58,413 nucleotides of DNA from Bacilli bacterium. Lineage in GTDB: Bacteria > Bacillota_I > Bacilli_A > RF39 > UBA660. The position numbers and the translations under genes were made by a program. Below the pieces are notes generated by a model that saw only the letters and a program-made list of their open reading frames with translations, searched no databases and had not been told where the DNA came from. Location: the NCBI GenBank assembly GCA_035388245.1, contig DAOOPL010000001.1:1-58413 (forward strand). Direction: 5' to 3'. Within the stretch, counting starts at the first letter, position 1. Each line of letters begins with the position of its first letter. Below, one piece after another: positions 1-10,037 of this stretch.

Positions 1-128
1 ATTACCAAAATGGAATATATTTAATAACATCAAAGATAAGGAACTACTGTAAAGCAATAAAAAAATATTGATAATATATTAAATAAGTGGTATATTATAA
101 TCAAGATAAAATAGGAGGAATATTATTA

Positions 129-1145
129 ATGTATAAAAAAGAAAAGTATAGTGTAGGAAGACCCAAACTAGCAGCAACCAAGGTATTAAAAGCAGCTAAA
201 GTAGAGATAGTATTAGCATTTATATTGTGTGCTACATTTGCATTATCAGGTGGAAGTGCTCTAACAGGCAAGAGTCCAATAGAATTACTATCATTTGGAC
301 AATCAGATAAAGCAAGCGGTAATCTTGTTATAGGTTCTGATTCTGCATCAACTAGTGCATACACATTTACTCTTGATACTAATAATGGTGATATGAGAAT
401 ATTTGTACCAAATGCTGATGAATATCTAACTTATCAGTTATATTATAAAGAAACAAATAGTTCAACAACTTGGAAATTAGCTGAAAAAGAAAATATCGAG
501 CCTTATGTATTTGATTATTTTCACCATGTTAATAATAGAAAATATTTTTTTAGAAAATTAGCAAATTTTGGACCAATAACTGCAAACAAATACAGAGTGT
601 TTATAAGATCATTATATTCTACTGGTTCAGTAAATAAGACAAACACAAGAAAATATTGTAAAACAGGATGGACTTATAATAGTAATACTTATTATTGTTA
701 TAAAGATATTACAATAAATAAAAAAGCAATATTATCTAAAATAAGAGTAAGTAGTAATTATTATTATGAGGATTTAGAAATTTCAATAAGCCCAACTTAC
801 AATGGAAAATATATAACAGCAAGAAAATATAAATATAATACTAGTACAAAAAAATGGGTTATACAACCACAAACCTTTTATTTAAATAGTTCTAATACAA
901 ATAGATCATATGAAAGTTTAAGTGTATCAGTAATAAATAGTGGTAGTAATAATAATTACTATAAGGAAGTTGGAAATGGATATAATATTGATACTACAGT
1001 AAGAGGTAAATATAGAATAAATGTAAGATTAGAAAGTTCACCTGGTGTTACTGATAAAACTGCAACAATGAATGCATGTCCAACAGGATGGTTAAAATAT
1101 AGTGATAGATCTTGGTGCTATAAATACTATGAAATAACAAATTAA
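129..1145 (+). CDS. membrane-anchored or secreted protein with two internal Cys-motif repeats, function unknown
   Basis: Part of ORF 87..1145. GGAGG at 114-118 favours the ATG at 129 (MYKKEKYS). N-terminal hydrophobic helix VEIVLAFILCATFALSGG. Two repeat ends, CKTGWTYNSNTYYCYK and CPTGWLKYSDRSWCYK. A hairpin terminator follows. Confidence 0.55.
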   Translation: MYKKEKYSVGRPKLAATKVLKAAKVEIVLAFILCATFALSGGSALTGKSPIELLSFGQSDKASGNLVIGSDSASTSAYTFTLDTNNGDMRIFVPNADEYLTYQLYYKETNSSTTWKLAEKENIEPYVFDYFHHVNNRKYFFRKLANFGPITANKYRVFIRSLYSTGSVNKTNTRKYCKTGWTYNSNTYYCYKDITINKKAILSKIRVSSNYYYEDLEISISPTYNGKYITARKYKYNTSTKKWVIQPQTFYLNSSNTNRSYESLSVSVINSGSNNNYYKEVGNGYNIDTTVRGKYRINVRLESSPGVTDKTATMNACPTGWLKYSDRSWCYKYYEITN

Positions 1146-1146
1146 T

Positions 1147-1172
1147 AAAAAAGAGTAATACTCTTTTTTTGT
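1147..1172 (+). terminator. rho-independent terminator
   Basis: aaaaagag-taata-ctcttttttt hairpin plus T-run immediately after the stop codon. Confidence 0.6.
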
Positions 1173-1249
1173 TTTATATAAACTATTTTACTTTAAATAT
1201 AATTTTTATTATGATATATTATATATGTAGATGATATTTAGGAGAAGAC

Positions 1250-1747
1250 ATGAATAAACAATTGTATATTGACTTTGATGGTGTAATATTAGACACTATA
1301 GATGTATGCTATAAGATGATTGCAGATAGACAAATAGAAAGATCAGAAACAGAAAAAGTAGAAACTTTTTTTAAAGAACTAGATTGGTCTGAAATTATAG
1401 ATACAACACCAGTAATAAATGATTCAATTAATGAAATAAGAAAAATATGTGACTCAAATAAATTTAATATATTCATATTAACTCATGTTTATTCAACAAA
1501 TGAAATGGTATCAAAAATAAGTTTTATAAATAAATATCTACCAGAAATAACAGTAGTATCCGTACCAAAAGCATTATCAAAAACAGATGTAGTTTATCCT
1601 GAAGGTGCAATACTAATTGATGACTATTCAGGCAACTTAAAGGATTGGGAAGAAAAGGGAGGACAAGCAGTTAAGTTTGTTAAAGAAAAAGAAAATGGTA
1701 AATATATAGAAATAACAAGATTATCAGAAATAATAAATATATTTTAA
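1250..1747 (+). CDS. HAD-superfamily phosphatase, 5'(3')-deoxyribonucleotidase-like
   Basis: N-terminal DxDG motif (LYIDFDGVILDT). The 165 aa size and the late LIDDY motif are typical of the small NT5C/YorS-like HAD enzymes. RBS aggaga upstream. Confidence 0.55.
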   Translation: MNKQLYIDFDGVILDTIDVCYKMIADRQIERSETEKVETFFKELDWSEIIDTTPVINDSINEIRKICDSNKFNIFILTHVYSTNEMVSKISFINKYLPEITVVSVPKALSKTDVVYPEGAILIDDYSGNLKDWEEKGGQAVKFVKEKENGKYIEITRLSEIINIF

Positions 1748-1759
1748 GGGGATTTAAAT

Positions 1760-2716
1760 ATGGATGAAATAGTTAGACCAAAAAGATATTCTTTGCAATT
1801 AAAATTAATAAATAAATGGAAAATAGAATTTATTAATTTATTAACTGATGATTTAGATTCATTAGATAAGGTAACTTCTATTTGTTATACAAAAGAGAAA
1901 TTTTTAAAAGTTGTACATCCTTTTCTAATTGATTACATCTTAGATAATTATGAAAGAGGAGATTTAGTAATTACATATAAACAAGGAGATTATTTAAATG
2001 AATTAGATGTATTGCAAAAAGAATGGAATTTTACTGCATATATAACTAGAGAAGAAATAAAAAAAATTATAGATGATAAAATAAGGGATAGTAAACAAAT
2101 AAATGGTAAAAAAATAAGATTAATAGACTATTATAAAGCTCTAGCAGAAATAAATCACTATTATACAAAATTGAATGAAAAACAATTAGATGAGGTATAC
2201 CTAGGACAAAAAGGAAAAAGAGTAGCAATTCAAGCATTACTTAGTATGGGAGTAATTAAAGATAAAAGTAGATATATACCCACAAAAAAAGATATAAAAG
2301 CAATCCAAGATAAATTATTTGAAATTTATAATAAAAGCGTAAAGTATATTAATTTACATTCTCAAATGACATTAGTGGATTTCTCAAGTGAGGAAAAAGC
2401 TATTAAAAACATTTATTGTAGGTCATTAACTTATAATATATTACCTTATTTAAGAAAACTTAGAGAAGATCCAGATGCAGAATATTTTATTGATGCATCT
2501 TTCTATCCAGAAAATCTTGATACGAATATTGAGGTTAAAGATTGTAGGGATTCTTTTGCTGATTTTGATAAATATATGGAAAGAGTAGAAAATTTGGAAA
2601 ACAAATTAAGAAGACATAACAATTATCAAAAAGATATAGAAGATATATATTTAGAAAAAATAAATGAATATATCACAAGATATGATAGAATAAAAGTATT
2701 AGAAAGAAGTAATTGA
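1760..2716 (+). CDS. hypothetical protein, paralog A of a tandem pair
   Basis: 318 aa ORF. It aligns by eye with the next ORF (RYSLQLKL..IEFINLL..KVTSICYTKEKF versus RYCLKLKL..IEYITLL..KLTTISYTKEKL). C-terminal charged, coiled-coil-like tail. Confidence 0.6.
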   Translation: MDEIVRPKRYSLQLKLINKWKIEFINLLTDDLDSLDKVTSICYTKEKFLKVVHPFLIDYILDNYERGDLVITYKQGDYLNELDVLQKEWNFTAYITREEIKKIIDDKIRDSKQINGKKIRLIDYYKALAEINHYYTKLNEKQLDEVYLGQKGKRVAIQALLSMGVIKDKSRYIPTKKDIKAIQDKLFEIYNKSVKYINLHSQMTLVDFSSEEKAIKNIYCRSLTYNILPYLRKLREDPDAEYFIDASFYPENLDTNIEVKDCRDSFADFDKYMERVENLENKLRRHNNYQKDIEDIYLEKINEYITRYDRIKVLERSN

Positions 2717-2741
2717 TTATTTAATATAGAAAGGAAATAAT

Positions 2742-3674
2742 ATGGAAGAAGAAGCAAAAAGATATTGTTTAAAATTAAAACTAAAAAAAGGAAATAATAT
2801 TGAATATATTACTCTATTACAAGAAACTCTTGTAGAAATAGATAAGTTGACAACTATTTCTTATACAAAAGAAAAACTAATAATGCTTCTACCTAAAGAT
2901 TATGTTAGTTATTTATGTGAAAATTATAATGAAATAGATTTGGTAGTAACATATGGTAAAGAAAAAGAATATCCGGTTTTATTAAAAAAAGATATTGATA
3001 AAGCATATATAACTGACAGTGAAATAGAGAAAAGAATTAATTTTTATGTTATAAATGATTTTTCTGAAGACTGGTTATTAGATAAATTTAAAGGTAAACA
3101 TAAAGAATATATTTATTCAAAAAAACTATCAGATATTTATTTGGCAAATGGTATTGGTAGAAGATATATAATTGATTTTTTAAAAGTAGAAGGCGCTTTT
3201 TCGCAAAATCTAAGCTTATATAGACCTAAAGGTATAAATAAATCACCACTTATAGAAAATATTGAACCAATCGCTCTTAATATAAAAAAGATTCTAGATT
3301 CAATCGGGCATGAAATAGGAAAGATGAACCAATTTACATTAGATAGTTTTAAATTTATAAAAACTCCAGAGAGTGTATCAGAATCACCTCTAACTTATAA
3401 TGCAAGGCCAGTATTATTAGAGATGCTAAATAATCCGGATTTTACAGTAGAATCAGAAGAGTTAAAAAAATTAAGAGAAGAAGTATTAGAAATAAATAGG
3501 AAAATTGAAGAACAAAAACAGTTGCCATATAATCAATATAGAACTTCAAGCTTAGAAAATTTAGCTCTTGAAAAAAGACGAAAATCAATGGCAATCCAAG
3601 ACCTAGAAATAGAAGCAAGAAAAGACGTAATTTCACAAAAATATTTAAGATATATTTTACCTCAAACAAAGTGA
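2742..3674 (+). CDS. hypothetical protein, paralog B of a tandem pair
   Basis: 310 aa ORF with RBS aaaggaaa. Paralogous to 1760..2716. Its stop lies 4 nt before the recombinase start. Confidence 0.6.
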   Translation: MEEEAKRYCLKLKLKKGNNIEYITLLQETLVEIDKLTTISYTKEKLIMLLPKDYVSYLCENYNEIDLVVTYGKEKEYPVLLKKDIDKAYITDSEIEKRINFYVINDFSEDWLLDKFKGKHKEYIYSKKLSDIYLANGIGRRYIIDFLKVEGAFSQNLSLYRPKGINKSPLIENIEPIALNIKKILDSIGHEIGKMNQFTLDSFKFIKTPESVSESPLTYNARPVLLEMLNNPDFTVESEELKKLREEVLEINRKIEEQKQLPYNQYRTSSLENLALEKRRKSMAIQDLEIEARKDVISQKYLRYILPQTK

Positions 3675-3678
3675 TATT

Positions 3679-4575
3679 ATGAATAATGTAATTAATGAAT
3701 ATATTAGTAATATTAAAGAAATAAAAAAGTATTCAAATTATACAATACTTAATTATAAACATGATATTTTAGATTTTTATAACTTTATTAATAATAATAA
3801 AGTTTCTTTTAAAGCAGTAAATTATAGTTTAATAAAAAAATATTTAATGATTTTATATGATCAAAAATTGTCAAGAAATACAGTGGCAAGAAGGCTAAGT
3901 TCATTAAGAAGTTTTTATAAATATTTACTTAATAATAATTATGTAAAGACAAATCCTTTTAAGTTAGTTTCTTCTCCAAAAAAAGAAAAAAGATTACCAA
4001 AGTATTTGGGTATAAACGAACTTGAAGATATATTTAGATCAATAGATACAACTACTTCCTTAGGTCAAAGGGATTCGGTAATATTAGAAATATTATATGC
4101 AACAGGTATTAGATGTGGAGAACTAGTAGATATAAGATTAAAAGATATAGATTATAATAAAAAAGAAATAAAAGTTATGGGTAAAGGTAAAAAAGAAAGA
4201 ATAGTAGAATTTGGAGACTATTGTTTAAATGCAATAAATTTATTTATAAAAGATGGTAGAGAAAAATTATTAGATAAACATAATGTATCTAATCATGAAT
4301 ATTTAATTATTAATGAAAAAGGGAAACAAATTACAACAAGAGGAGTTGCTAAAGTAATAGATAAAATAATAGATAAAGCATCAATTAGTAAGCACATAAC
4401 ACCTCATATGTTAAGACATACTTTTGCAACACACTTGCTTAATGAAGGCTGTGATCTTTTAACAGTGCAAGAATTATTAGGACATGAATCACTTGAGTCA
4501 ACAGCTATATATACTCATGTATCAAATGAACATTTAAGAGAAGTATATTTAAGATGTCATCCAAGAGCAAAATAA
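3679..4575 (+). CDS. tyrosine recombinase, XerC/XerD family
   Basis: 298 aa. N-terminal SAM-like core-binding region (NTVARRLSSLRSFYKYL). Catalytic region motifs ATGIRCGEL, HMLRHTFATHLL and LLGHESLESTAIYTHV (R..H-x-x-R..Y). Confidence 0.85.
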   Translation: MNNVINEYISNIKEIKKYSNYTILNYKHDILDFYNFINNNKVSFKAVNYSLIKKYLMILYDQKLSRNTVARRLSSLRSFYKYLLNNNYVKTNPFKLVSSPKKEKRLPKYLGINELEDIFRSIDTTTSLGQRDSVILEILYATGIRCGELVDIRLKDIDYNKKEIKVMGKGKKERIVEFGDYCLNAINLFIKDGREKLLDKHNVSNHEYLIINEKGKQITTRGVAKVIDKIIDKASISKHITPHMLRHTFATHLLNEGCDLLTVQELLGHESLESTAIYTHVSNEHLREVYLRCHPRAK

Positions 4576-4654
4576 AAGGTATTTATATGTCTTTTTTTAT
4601 TGAAACAAAATATCTATTTGTGTTATAATAAATGCAAACACATAAGGAGGAAAT

Positions 4655-7282
4655 ATGACAAAATACGTTTATGCTTTTGAAGAAGGCAAGAAAGAAATGA
4701 AAAATTTACTTGGAGGTAAAGGGGCTAATTTAGCAGAAATGACTAATATTGGACTTCCAGTTCCAAGAGGATTTACCGTAACAACAGAAGCTTGTATTAA
4801 ATATTATGATGATAAAAATAAAATATCTAGTGAAATAGAAGATGAAATATTTAGTAAACTTTCTGAGTTAGAAGAAAAAACAGGTAAGAAATTAGGAGAT
4901 TATTCTAATCCACTTTTAGTATCAGTTAGAAGTGGTGCTAGAGCATCTATGCCAGGAATGATGGATACAGTACTTAATTTAGGATTAAATGATAAAGTAG
5001 TTGAAGGATTTGCAGAAGCTACTAATAATCCTAGATTTGCATATGATTCATATAGAAGATTTATACAAATGTTTGCAGATGTTGTTATGGGATTCCCAAA
5101 ATCATCATTTGAAAGATATTTTGATAAAATTAAAGAAGAAAAAAAAGTAGCAAGTGATGTTGAATTATCAGCAGATGATATGAAAGAAGTAACTGCTAAA
5201 TTTAAAGCAAATTATAAAGAATTATCAGGAGAAGATTTTCCACAAGAACCTAAAGTTCAACTAATGGAAGCAGTAAAAGCAGTATTTAGATCTTGGATGA
5301 ATGATAGAGCAATCACATATCGTAGATTAAATGATATACCAGGAGATTGGGGTACAGCAGTAAATGTACAAGAAATGGTATATGGTAATAGAGGTAATAA
5401 CTGTGGTACAGGTGTTGCATTTACTCGTAATCCATCTACAGGAGAAAAGAAATTATATGGTGAGTACTTAATTAATGCACAAGGTGAAGATGTAGTTGCA
5501 GGTATTCGTACTCCTCCAACAATAGATACTTTAAAAGATGAAATGCCTGAAGTATATAAAGAGTTTAAAGCTATTGCAGACAAATTAGAAAATCACTATA
5601 AAGATATGCAAGATATGGAGTTTACTATTGAGTCTGGCAAGTTATTTATGTTACAGACTAGAAATGGTAAAAGAACAGCACAAGCAGCTCTTAAAATAGC
5701 AGTAGATTTAGTTAATGAAGGAATGCTTACTAAAGAAGAAGCATTACTTAAAGTAGAACCAAGACAATTAGATCAATTATTACATCCAATGTTTGATACA
5801 AAGAGTTTAAAAGAGGGGAAAGTAATAGCTAAAGGATTAGCAGCATCACCAGGTGCTGCAACTGGTAAGATTTATTTTACAGCAGAAGATGTAGTTAATG
5901 CTAAGAAGAGTGGTGAAAAAGAAATACTTCTTGTTAGACTTGAAACATCTCCAGAAGATATTGAAGGAATGAATGATGCATCTGGAATACTTACTATTCG
6001 TGGTGGTATGACATCTCATGCAGCAGTTGTAGCTTGTGGTATGGGTAGATGCTGTGTAAGTGGATGTGGTGAATTAAAAATAGATGAAGAAAAGAAAATA
6101 TTAACTACAAAAGATGGTAATACATATAAAGAAGGAGACTTCTTATCACTTGATGGTTCAACTGGTTGTGTATATGGGGAAAAAATAAAGACAGTAGAAC
6201 CAGAAATTAGTGGAGACTTTGAAACATTTATGAGTTGGGCAGATAGTATGAGAACTCTTAAAGTAAGAGCTAATGCTGATACTCCAAAAGATGCAAAACA
6301 AGCAAGAATGTATGGAGCAGAAGGTATTGGACTTTGTCGTACAGAGCATATGTTCTTTGAAGAAGATAGAATATTTGCAATGCGTCAAATGATTACAGCA
6401 GAAACAGTAGAGCAAAGAGAAAAAGCACTTGATAAGATATTACCAATGCAAAGAGGAGATTTTGAAGAACTATTCAAAGCAATGGAAGGATTCCCAGTAA
6501 CAATTCGTTATTTAGATCCACCATTACATGAATTTTTACCACATACTGATGAAGAGATTAAACCACTTGCAAAAGAATTAGGGATGACTTTTGAAGATTT
6601 AAAATCAAGAATACTTTCGTTAGCAGAATTTAACCCAATGATGGGTCATAGAGGTTGTCGTCTTGCTGTTACATATCCAGAAATAGCAAGAATGCAAACA
6701 AGAGCAGTAATAGAAGCAGCTATTAATGTTAATAAAGAAGGATTAAATGTAATACCAGAAATAATGATACCTCTAGTAGGAGAAATAAAAGAATTAAAAT
6801 ATGTTAAAGATATAGTTGTTGAAACTGCAGGTAAAATAATTAAGGATAACAATGTAAAATTAGAATATCATGTAGGTACTATGATTGAAATACCAAGAGC
6901 AGCAATAACAGCAGATGAAATAGCAAAAGAAGCAGAATTCTTCAGTTTTGGTACTAATGATTTAACTCAAATGACATATGGATTTTCAAGAGATGATGCA
7001 GGCAAGTTCTTATCTGATTACTATGATAAAGGAATCTTTGAATCAGATCCATTTGCTAAGTTAGATCAAATAGGTGTAGGTTCGCTAATAAAAATAGCAG
7101 TTGAAAAAGGAAGAGAAACAAGAAAAAATATTAAACTTGGTATTTGTGGAGAACACGGAGGAGAACCATCTTCAATAGAGTTTTGTCATAAAGCAGGTTT
7201 AAATTATGTGTCTTGCTCTCCATTTAGAGTACCAATTGCTAGACTAGCAGCAGCTCAAGCTAAAATAAATGAGAGTAAATAA
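4655..7282 (+). CDS. ppdK: pyruvate, phosphate dikinase
   Basis: 875 aa. N-terminal LLGGKGANLAEM ATP-grasp motif, phospho-His motif GGMTSHAAVVA, C-terminal PEP-utilising motifs NDLTQ and GICGEHGGEP. Confidence 0.95.
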   Translation: MTKYVYAFEEGKKEMKNLLGGKGANLAEMTNIGLPVPRGFTVTTEACIKYYDDKNKISSEIEDEIFSKLSELEEKTGKKLGDYSNPLLVSVRSGARASMPGMMDTVLNLGLNDKVVEGFAEATNNPRFAYDSYRRFIQMFADVVMGFPKSSFERYFDKIKEEKKVASDVELSADDMKEVTAKFKANYKELSGEDFPQEPKVQLMEAVKAVFRSWMNDRAITYRRLNDIPGDWGTAVNVQEMVYGNRGNNCGTGVAFTRNPSTGEKKLYGEYLINAQGEDVVAGIRTPPTIDTLKDEMPEVYKEFKAIADKLENHYKDMQDMEFTIESGKLFMLQTRNGKRTAQAALKIAVDLVNEGMLTKEEALLKVEPRQLDQLLHPMFDTKSLKEGKVIAKGLAASPGAATGKIYFTAEDVVNAKKSGEKEILLVRLETSPEDIEGMNDASGILTIRGGMTSHAAVVACGMGRCCVSGCGELKIDEEKKILTTKDGNTYKEGDFLSLDGSTGCVYGEKIKTVEPEISGDFETFMSWADSMRTLKVRANADTPKDAKQARMYGAEGIGLCRTEHMFFEEDRIFAMRQMITAETVEQREKALDKILPMQRGDFEELFKAMEGFPVTIRYLDPPLHEFLPHTDEEIKPLAKELGMTFEDLKSRILSLAEFNPMMGHRGCRLAVTYPEIARMQTRAVIEAAINVNKEGLNVIPEIMIPLVGEIKELKYVKDIVVETAGKIIKDNNVKLEYHVGTMIEIPRAAITADEIAKEAEFFSFGTNDLTQMTYGFSRDDAGKFLSDYYDKGIFESDPFAKLDQIGVGSLIKIAVEKGRETRKNIKLGICGEHGGEPSSIEFCHKAGLNYVSCSPFRVPIARLAAAQAKINESK

Positions 7283-7305
7283 TAACTATTTCAGGAGGGT
7301 ATATT

Positions 7306-7788
7306 ATGGATAGCGGATTTATAAAAAAAATTAAAGAGATAAATATTGAATATATAGAATTAAGATTAAACTATCTTGATTTAAATAATTTATATTATAG
7401 AGAAAAAAGTATTAAAGCTGAAATCTTGTTAAGGGAATCAAGAAGAGTATTGTGTAAGTATCTTGAAATGTTACCTTATATGATTTATGTAGAAGAAATG
7501 CATACATTCAAAGAATTTAATCGAGGAAGAATTAATACAAAATATATATTAGAAAAATATCAGCATTTAGTAAAAGATATACCTGAACACATAATAACAG
7601 ATAAATATTCAATTCAAAATATTTGTTATCATGTTGTATATTTAAATGATAAATATAATTCGCATAATTGTTTATCACAAAAAGAAATTGATAAAGCATA
7701 TTCTATTTTATTTAAAGGAAGAATAAGAGAAGATAAAAAGAAAATAAAAAAGGCATTAAAAATAAATATATATAAAAAAGCAAACTAA
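7306..7788 (+). CDS. hypothetical protein
   Basis: 160 aa ORF with RBS caggaggg, 23 nt after ppdK. No recognisable motif. Confidence 0.5.
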   Translation: MDSGFIKKIKEINIEYIELRLNYLDLNNLYYREKSIKAEILLRESRRVLCKYLEMLPYMIYVEEMHTFKEFNRGRINTKYILEKYQHLVKDIPEHIITDKYSIQNICYHVVYLNDKYNSHNCLSQKEIDKAYSILFKGRIREDKKKIKKALKINIYKKAN

Positions 7789-7814
7789 AAAGAGTATAGA
7801 ATTATACTTTTTTT
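7787..7814 (+). terminator. rho-independent terminator
   Basis: aaaaagagtata-gaat-tatacttttttt hairpin overlapping the stop codon. Confidence 0.6.
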
Positions 7815-7847
7815 ATGTTATAATTATTATAATAAGGGTGTGAATAT

Positions 7848-9596
7848 ATGGAATTAGGTAAAGTAATATCTATTGATGATGAGAATGTTGTAGTTAAAGT
7901 TGGAGTAGATTTAAACACAATAAAAGATATTGCAGATAAGTATGTATATTTTATTAAAAATGATATAAAAATAATTGGTAATATTACAAGGGTAAATTCT
8001 GATAGTATCTATATATCATTAAAAGGTGAAATAAAAGATGATATCTTTTTAGTGGGTTTATTAACAAAACCTTTATTTGGAGATATATGTTATTTATTAA
8101 ATGATACAGATGTAATTAATAAACTAATTAGATCAAATAATGATAGTAAAGAATTATTAGTAGGTAAACTTCCTTTATTAAACTATGAAGATGCTAGGAT
8201 ACCTATTAATGGATTATTTAGTAATCATTTAGCAATATTTGGTAATACTGGTTCTGGCAAATCATGTGGACTTGCTAGAATACTTCAAAACACATTTTTT
8301 AATACAGATACACCACCAAAGAATTCAACAATATTTATATTTGATGTATATGGAGAATATGAAAAAGCATTTGATTTTCCAAATAGTCAGATTGGTTTTA
8401 AAAAATATTATACAGATATTAAAACACAAGATAATTTAATAAAGATACCACTATGGTTATTAAATCTTGATGATTTTGCTTTACTATTAAATGTAAATGA
8501 TCAAACTCAATTACCAATAATAGAAAAAGCATTAAGACTTGTAACTGTATTTGCTAAAAATGATGAAAATACAAGAATATATAAAAATGATATCATTGCT
8601 AAAACATTACTTGATATACTTCATAGTGGTATGGCAGCATCACAAATACATGATCAAGTAATATCAATACTAACATCATTTAATACGACAGATTTAAACC
8701 TAGAATCTCCTGTTGTACAACCAGGATATACAAGAAGTTTAAGACAATGTTTAATAATAGATGCAAGTGGTAAAATGAATGAAATAAGTTTAGTAACAGA
8801 ATTTATTAATAAATTTGTTAGAAAAGATTTGAAATTACAATTACCAAATGGAGATTCATATTTTTCTCTAGAAGATTTAAGAGATGCTTTTGACTTCGCA
8901 TTAATATCAGAAGGAATGTTAAAAAGTGACAGAGTATATGATAAGATTAATATATTAAAAATAAGGTTGGAGTCATTAATATCAAGTGAATATGCAACAT
9001 ATTTTAGATTTGATGAATATATATCAAAGAAAGATTATATTAAATCATTATTAATGATAGATGATAATAAAAGAGCACAACTTATTAATATTAATTTAAA
9101 TTATTTAGATGATCGTTTTGCAAAAATAATAACGAAGATATATGCTAAGATGTTATTTGAGTTTACAACACTTGTTAATCCAAGAGGATCAATACCAATA
9201 CATATGATAATAGAAGAAGCTCATAGATATATTCAAAATGACAATGATATAAATGTATTAGGATATAACATATTTGATAGAATCACTAAAGAAGGTAGAA
9301 AATATGGAATGTTACTAATAATGATTTCTCAAAGACCTTCAGAACTCAGTGAAACAGCATTATCACAATGTTCTAATTTCTTTATATTTAAAATGGTACA
9401 CCCATATGATATTGATTTTATTAAACAAATGGTACCCAATATAACAATAGAAGTATCTCAAAAAATAAAATTATTACAACCAGGTACATGTATTTCATTT
9501 GGATCTTCATTTCCATTCCCAATAATATTAAAATTTGATATTCCAAGTCCAACACCACTTAGTGAGAATATTAATATAGAAAAAACTTGGTATTAA
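7848..9596 (+). CDS. HerA/DUF87-like P-loop ATPase (FtsK-HerA superfamily)
   Basis: 582 aa. N-terminal barrel-like segment (GKVISIDDENVVVKVG), Walker A FGNTGSGKS, Walker B HMIIEEAHRY, then ISQRPSELSE and a LQPGTCISFG tail typical of HerA-type proteins. Confidence 0.7.
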   Translation: MELGKVISIDDENVVVKVGVDLNTIKDIADKYVYFIKNDIKIIGNITRVNSDSIYISLKGEIKDDIFLVGLLTKPLFGDICYLLNDTDVINKLIRSNNDSKELLVGKLPLLNYEDARIPINGLFSNHLAIFGNTGSGKSCGLARILQNTFFNTDTPPKNSTIFIFDVYGEYEKAFDFPNSQIGFKKYYTDIKTQDNLIKIPLWLLNLDDFALLLNVNDQTQLPIIEKALRLVTVFAKNDENTRIYKNDIIAKTLLDILHSGMAASQIHDQVISILTSFNTTDLNLESPVVQPGYTRSLRQCLIIDASGKMNEISLVTEFINKFVRKDLKLQLPNGDSYFSLEDLRDAFDFALISEGMLKSDRVYDKINILKIRLESLISSEYATYFRFDEYISKKDYIKSLLMIDDNKRAQLININLNYLDDRFAKIITKIYAKMLFEFTTLVNPRGSIPIHMIIEEAHRYIQNDNDINVLGYNIFDRITKEGRKYGMLLIMISQRPSELSETALSQCSNFFIFKMVHPYDIDFIKQMVPNITIEVSQKIKLLQPGTCISFGSSFPFPIILKFDIPSPTPLSENINIEKTWY

Positions 9597-9605
9597 GGAG
9601 AATAT

Positions 9606-10037
9606 ATGAAAAAACAATATGGAAAATATATATTATTATGTTTAATTACAATTATAGTACTTGGATATATATTATATTATAATTTAAAACAAGAAGAACC
9701 AAGTATACTTACTAAATACATAAATGAAATAAAATACAATAATATTAATAATTTTGTAATAGAAAACAGCCACGTAGTAATTTATGCTACAAATAATACT
9801 AAAAATATAAACTTTGAGAATGATTTAAAAAAAATAATTGTGAAATATAATATTGGAGAAAAAGTTTTATATTATAAAAATATAAACTATAAAGATATTA
9901 AAAGTAAGCCATATAATAAAACTAACATATTAGTCTTTTATAAAAATAATAAAATTAAACAAACCATAAGTACTAAGAATTTAACATATAATAATTTATT
10001 AGAATTATTAAAAGAGAATGAAATAATTAATGAATAA
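9606..10037 (+). CDS. membrane-anchored protein, possible thioredoxin fold lacking the CxxC motif
   Basis: N-terminal TM helix (ILLCLITIIVLGYILYY). It aligns by eye with the CxxC protein at 10542..10988 (VVIYATNNTKNINFENDLKKIIVKYNI versus AIYVGHDSCSACQQYKPTLLSVVKKYNI). Confidence 0.45.
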   Translation: MKKQYGKYILLCLITIIVLGYILYYNLKQEEPSILTKYINEIKYNNINNFVIENSHVVIYATNNTKNINFENDLKKIIVKYNIGEKVLYYKNINYKDIKSKPYNKTNILVFYKNNKIKQTISTKNLTYNNLLELLKENEIINE

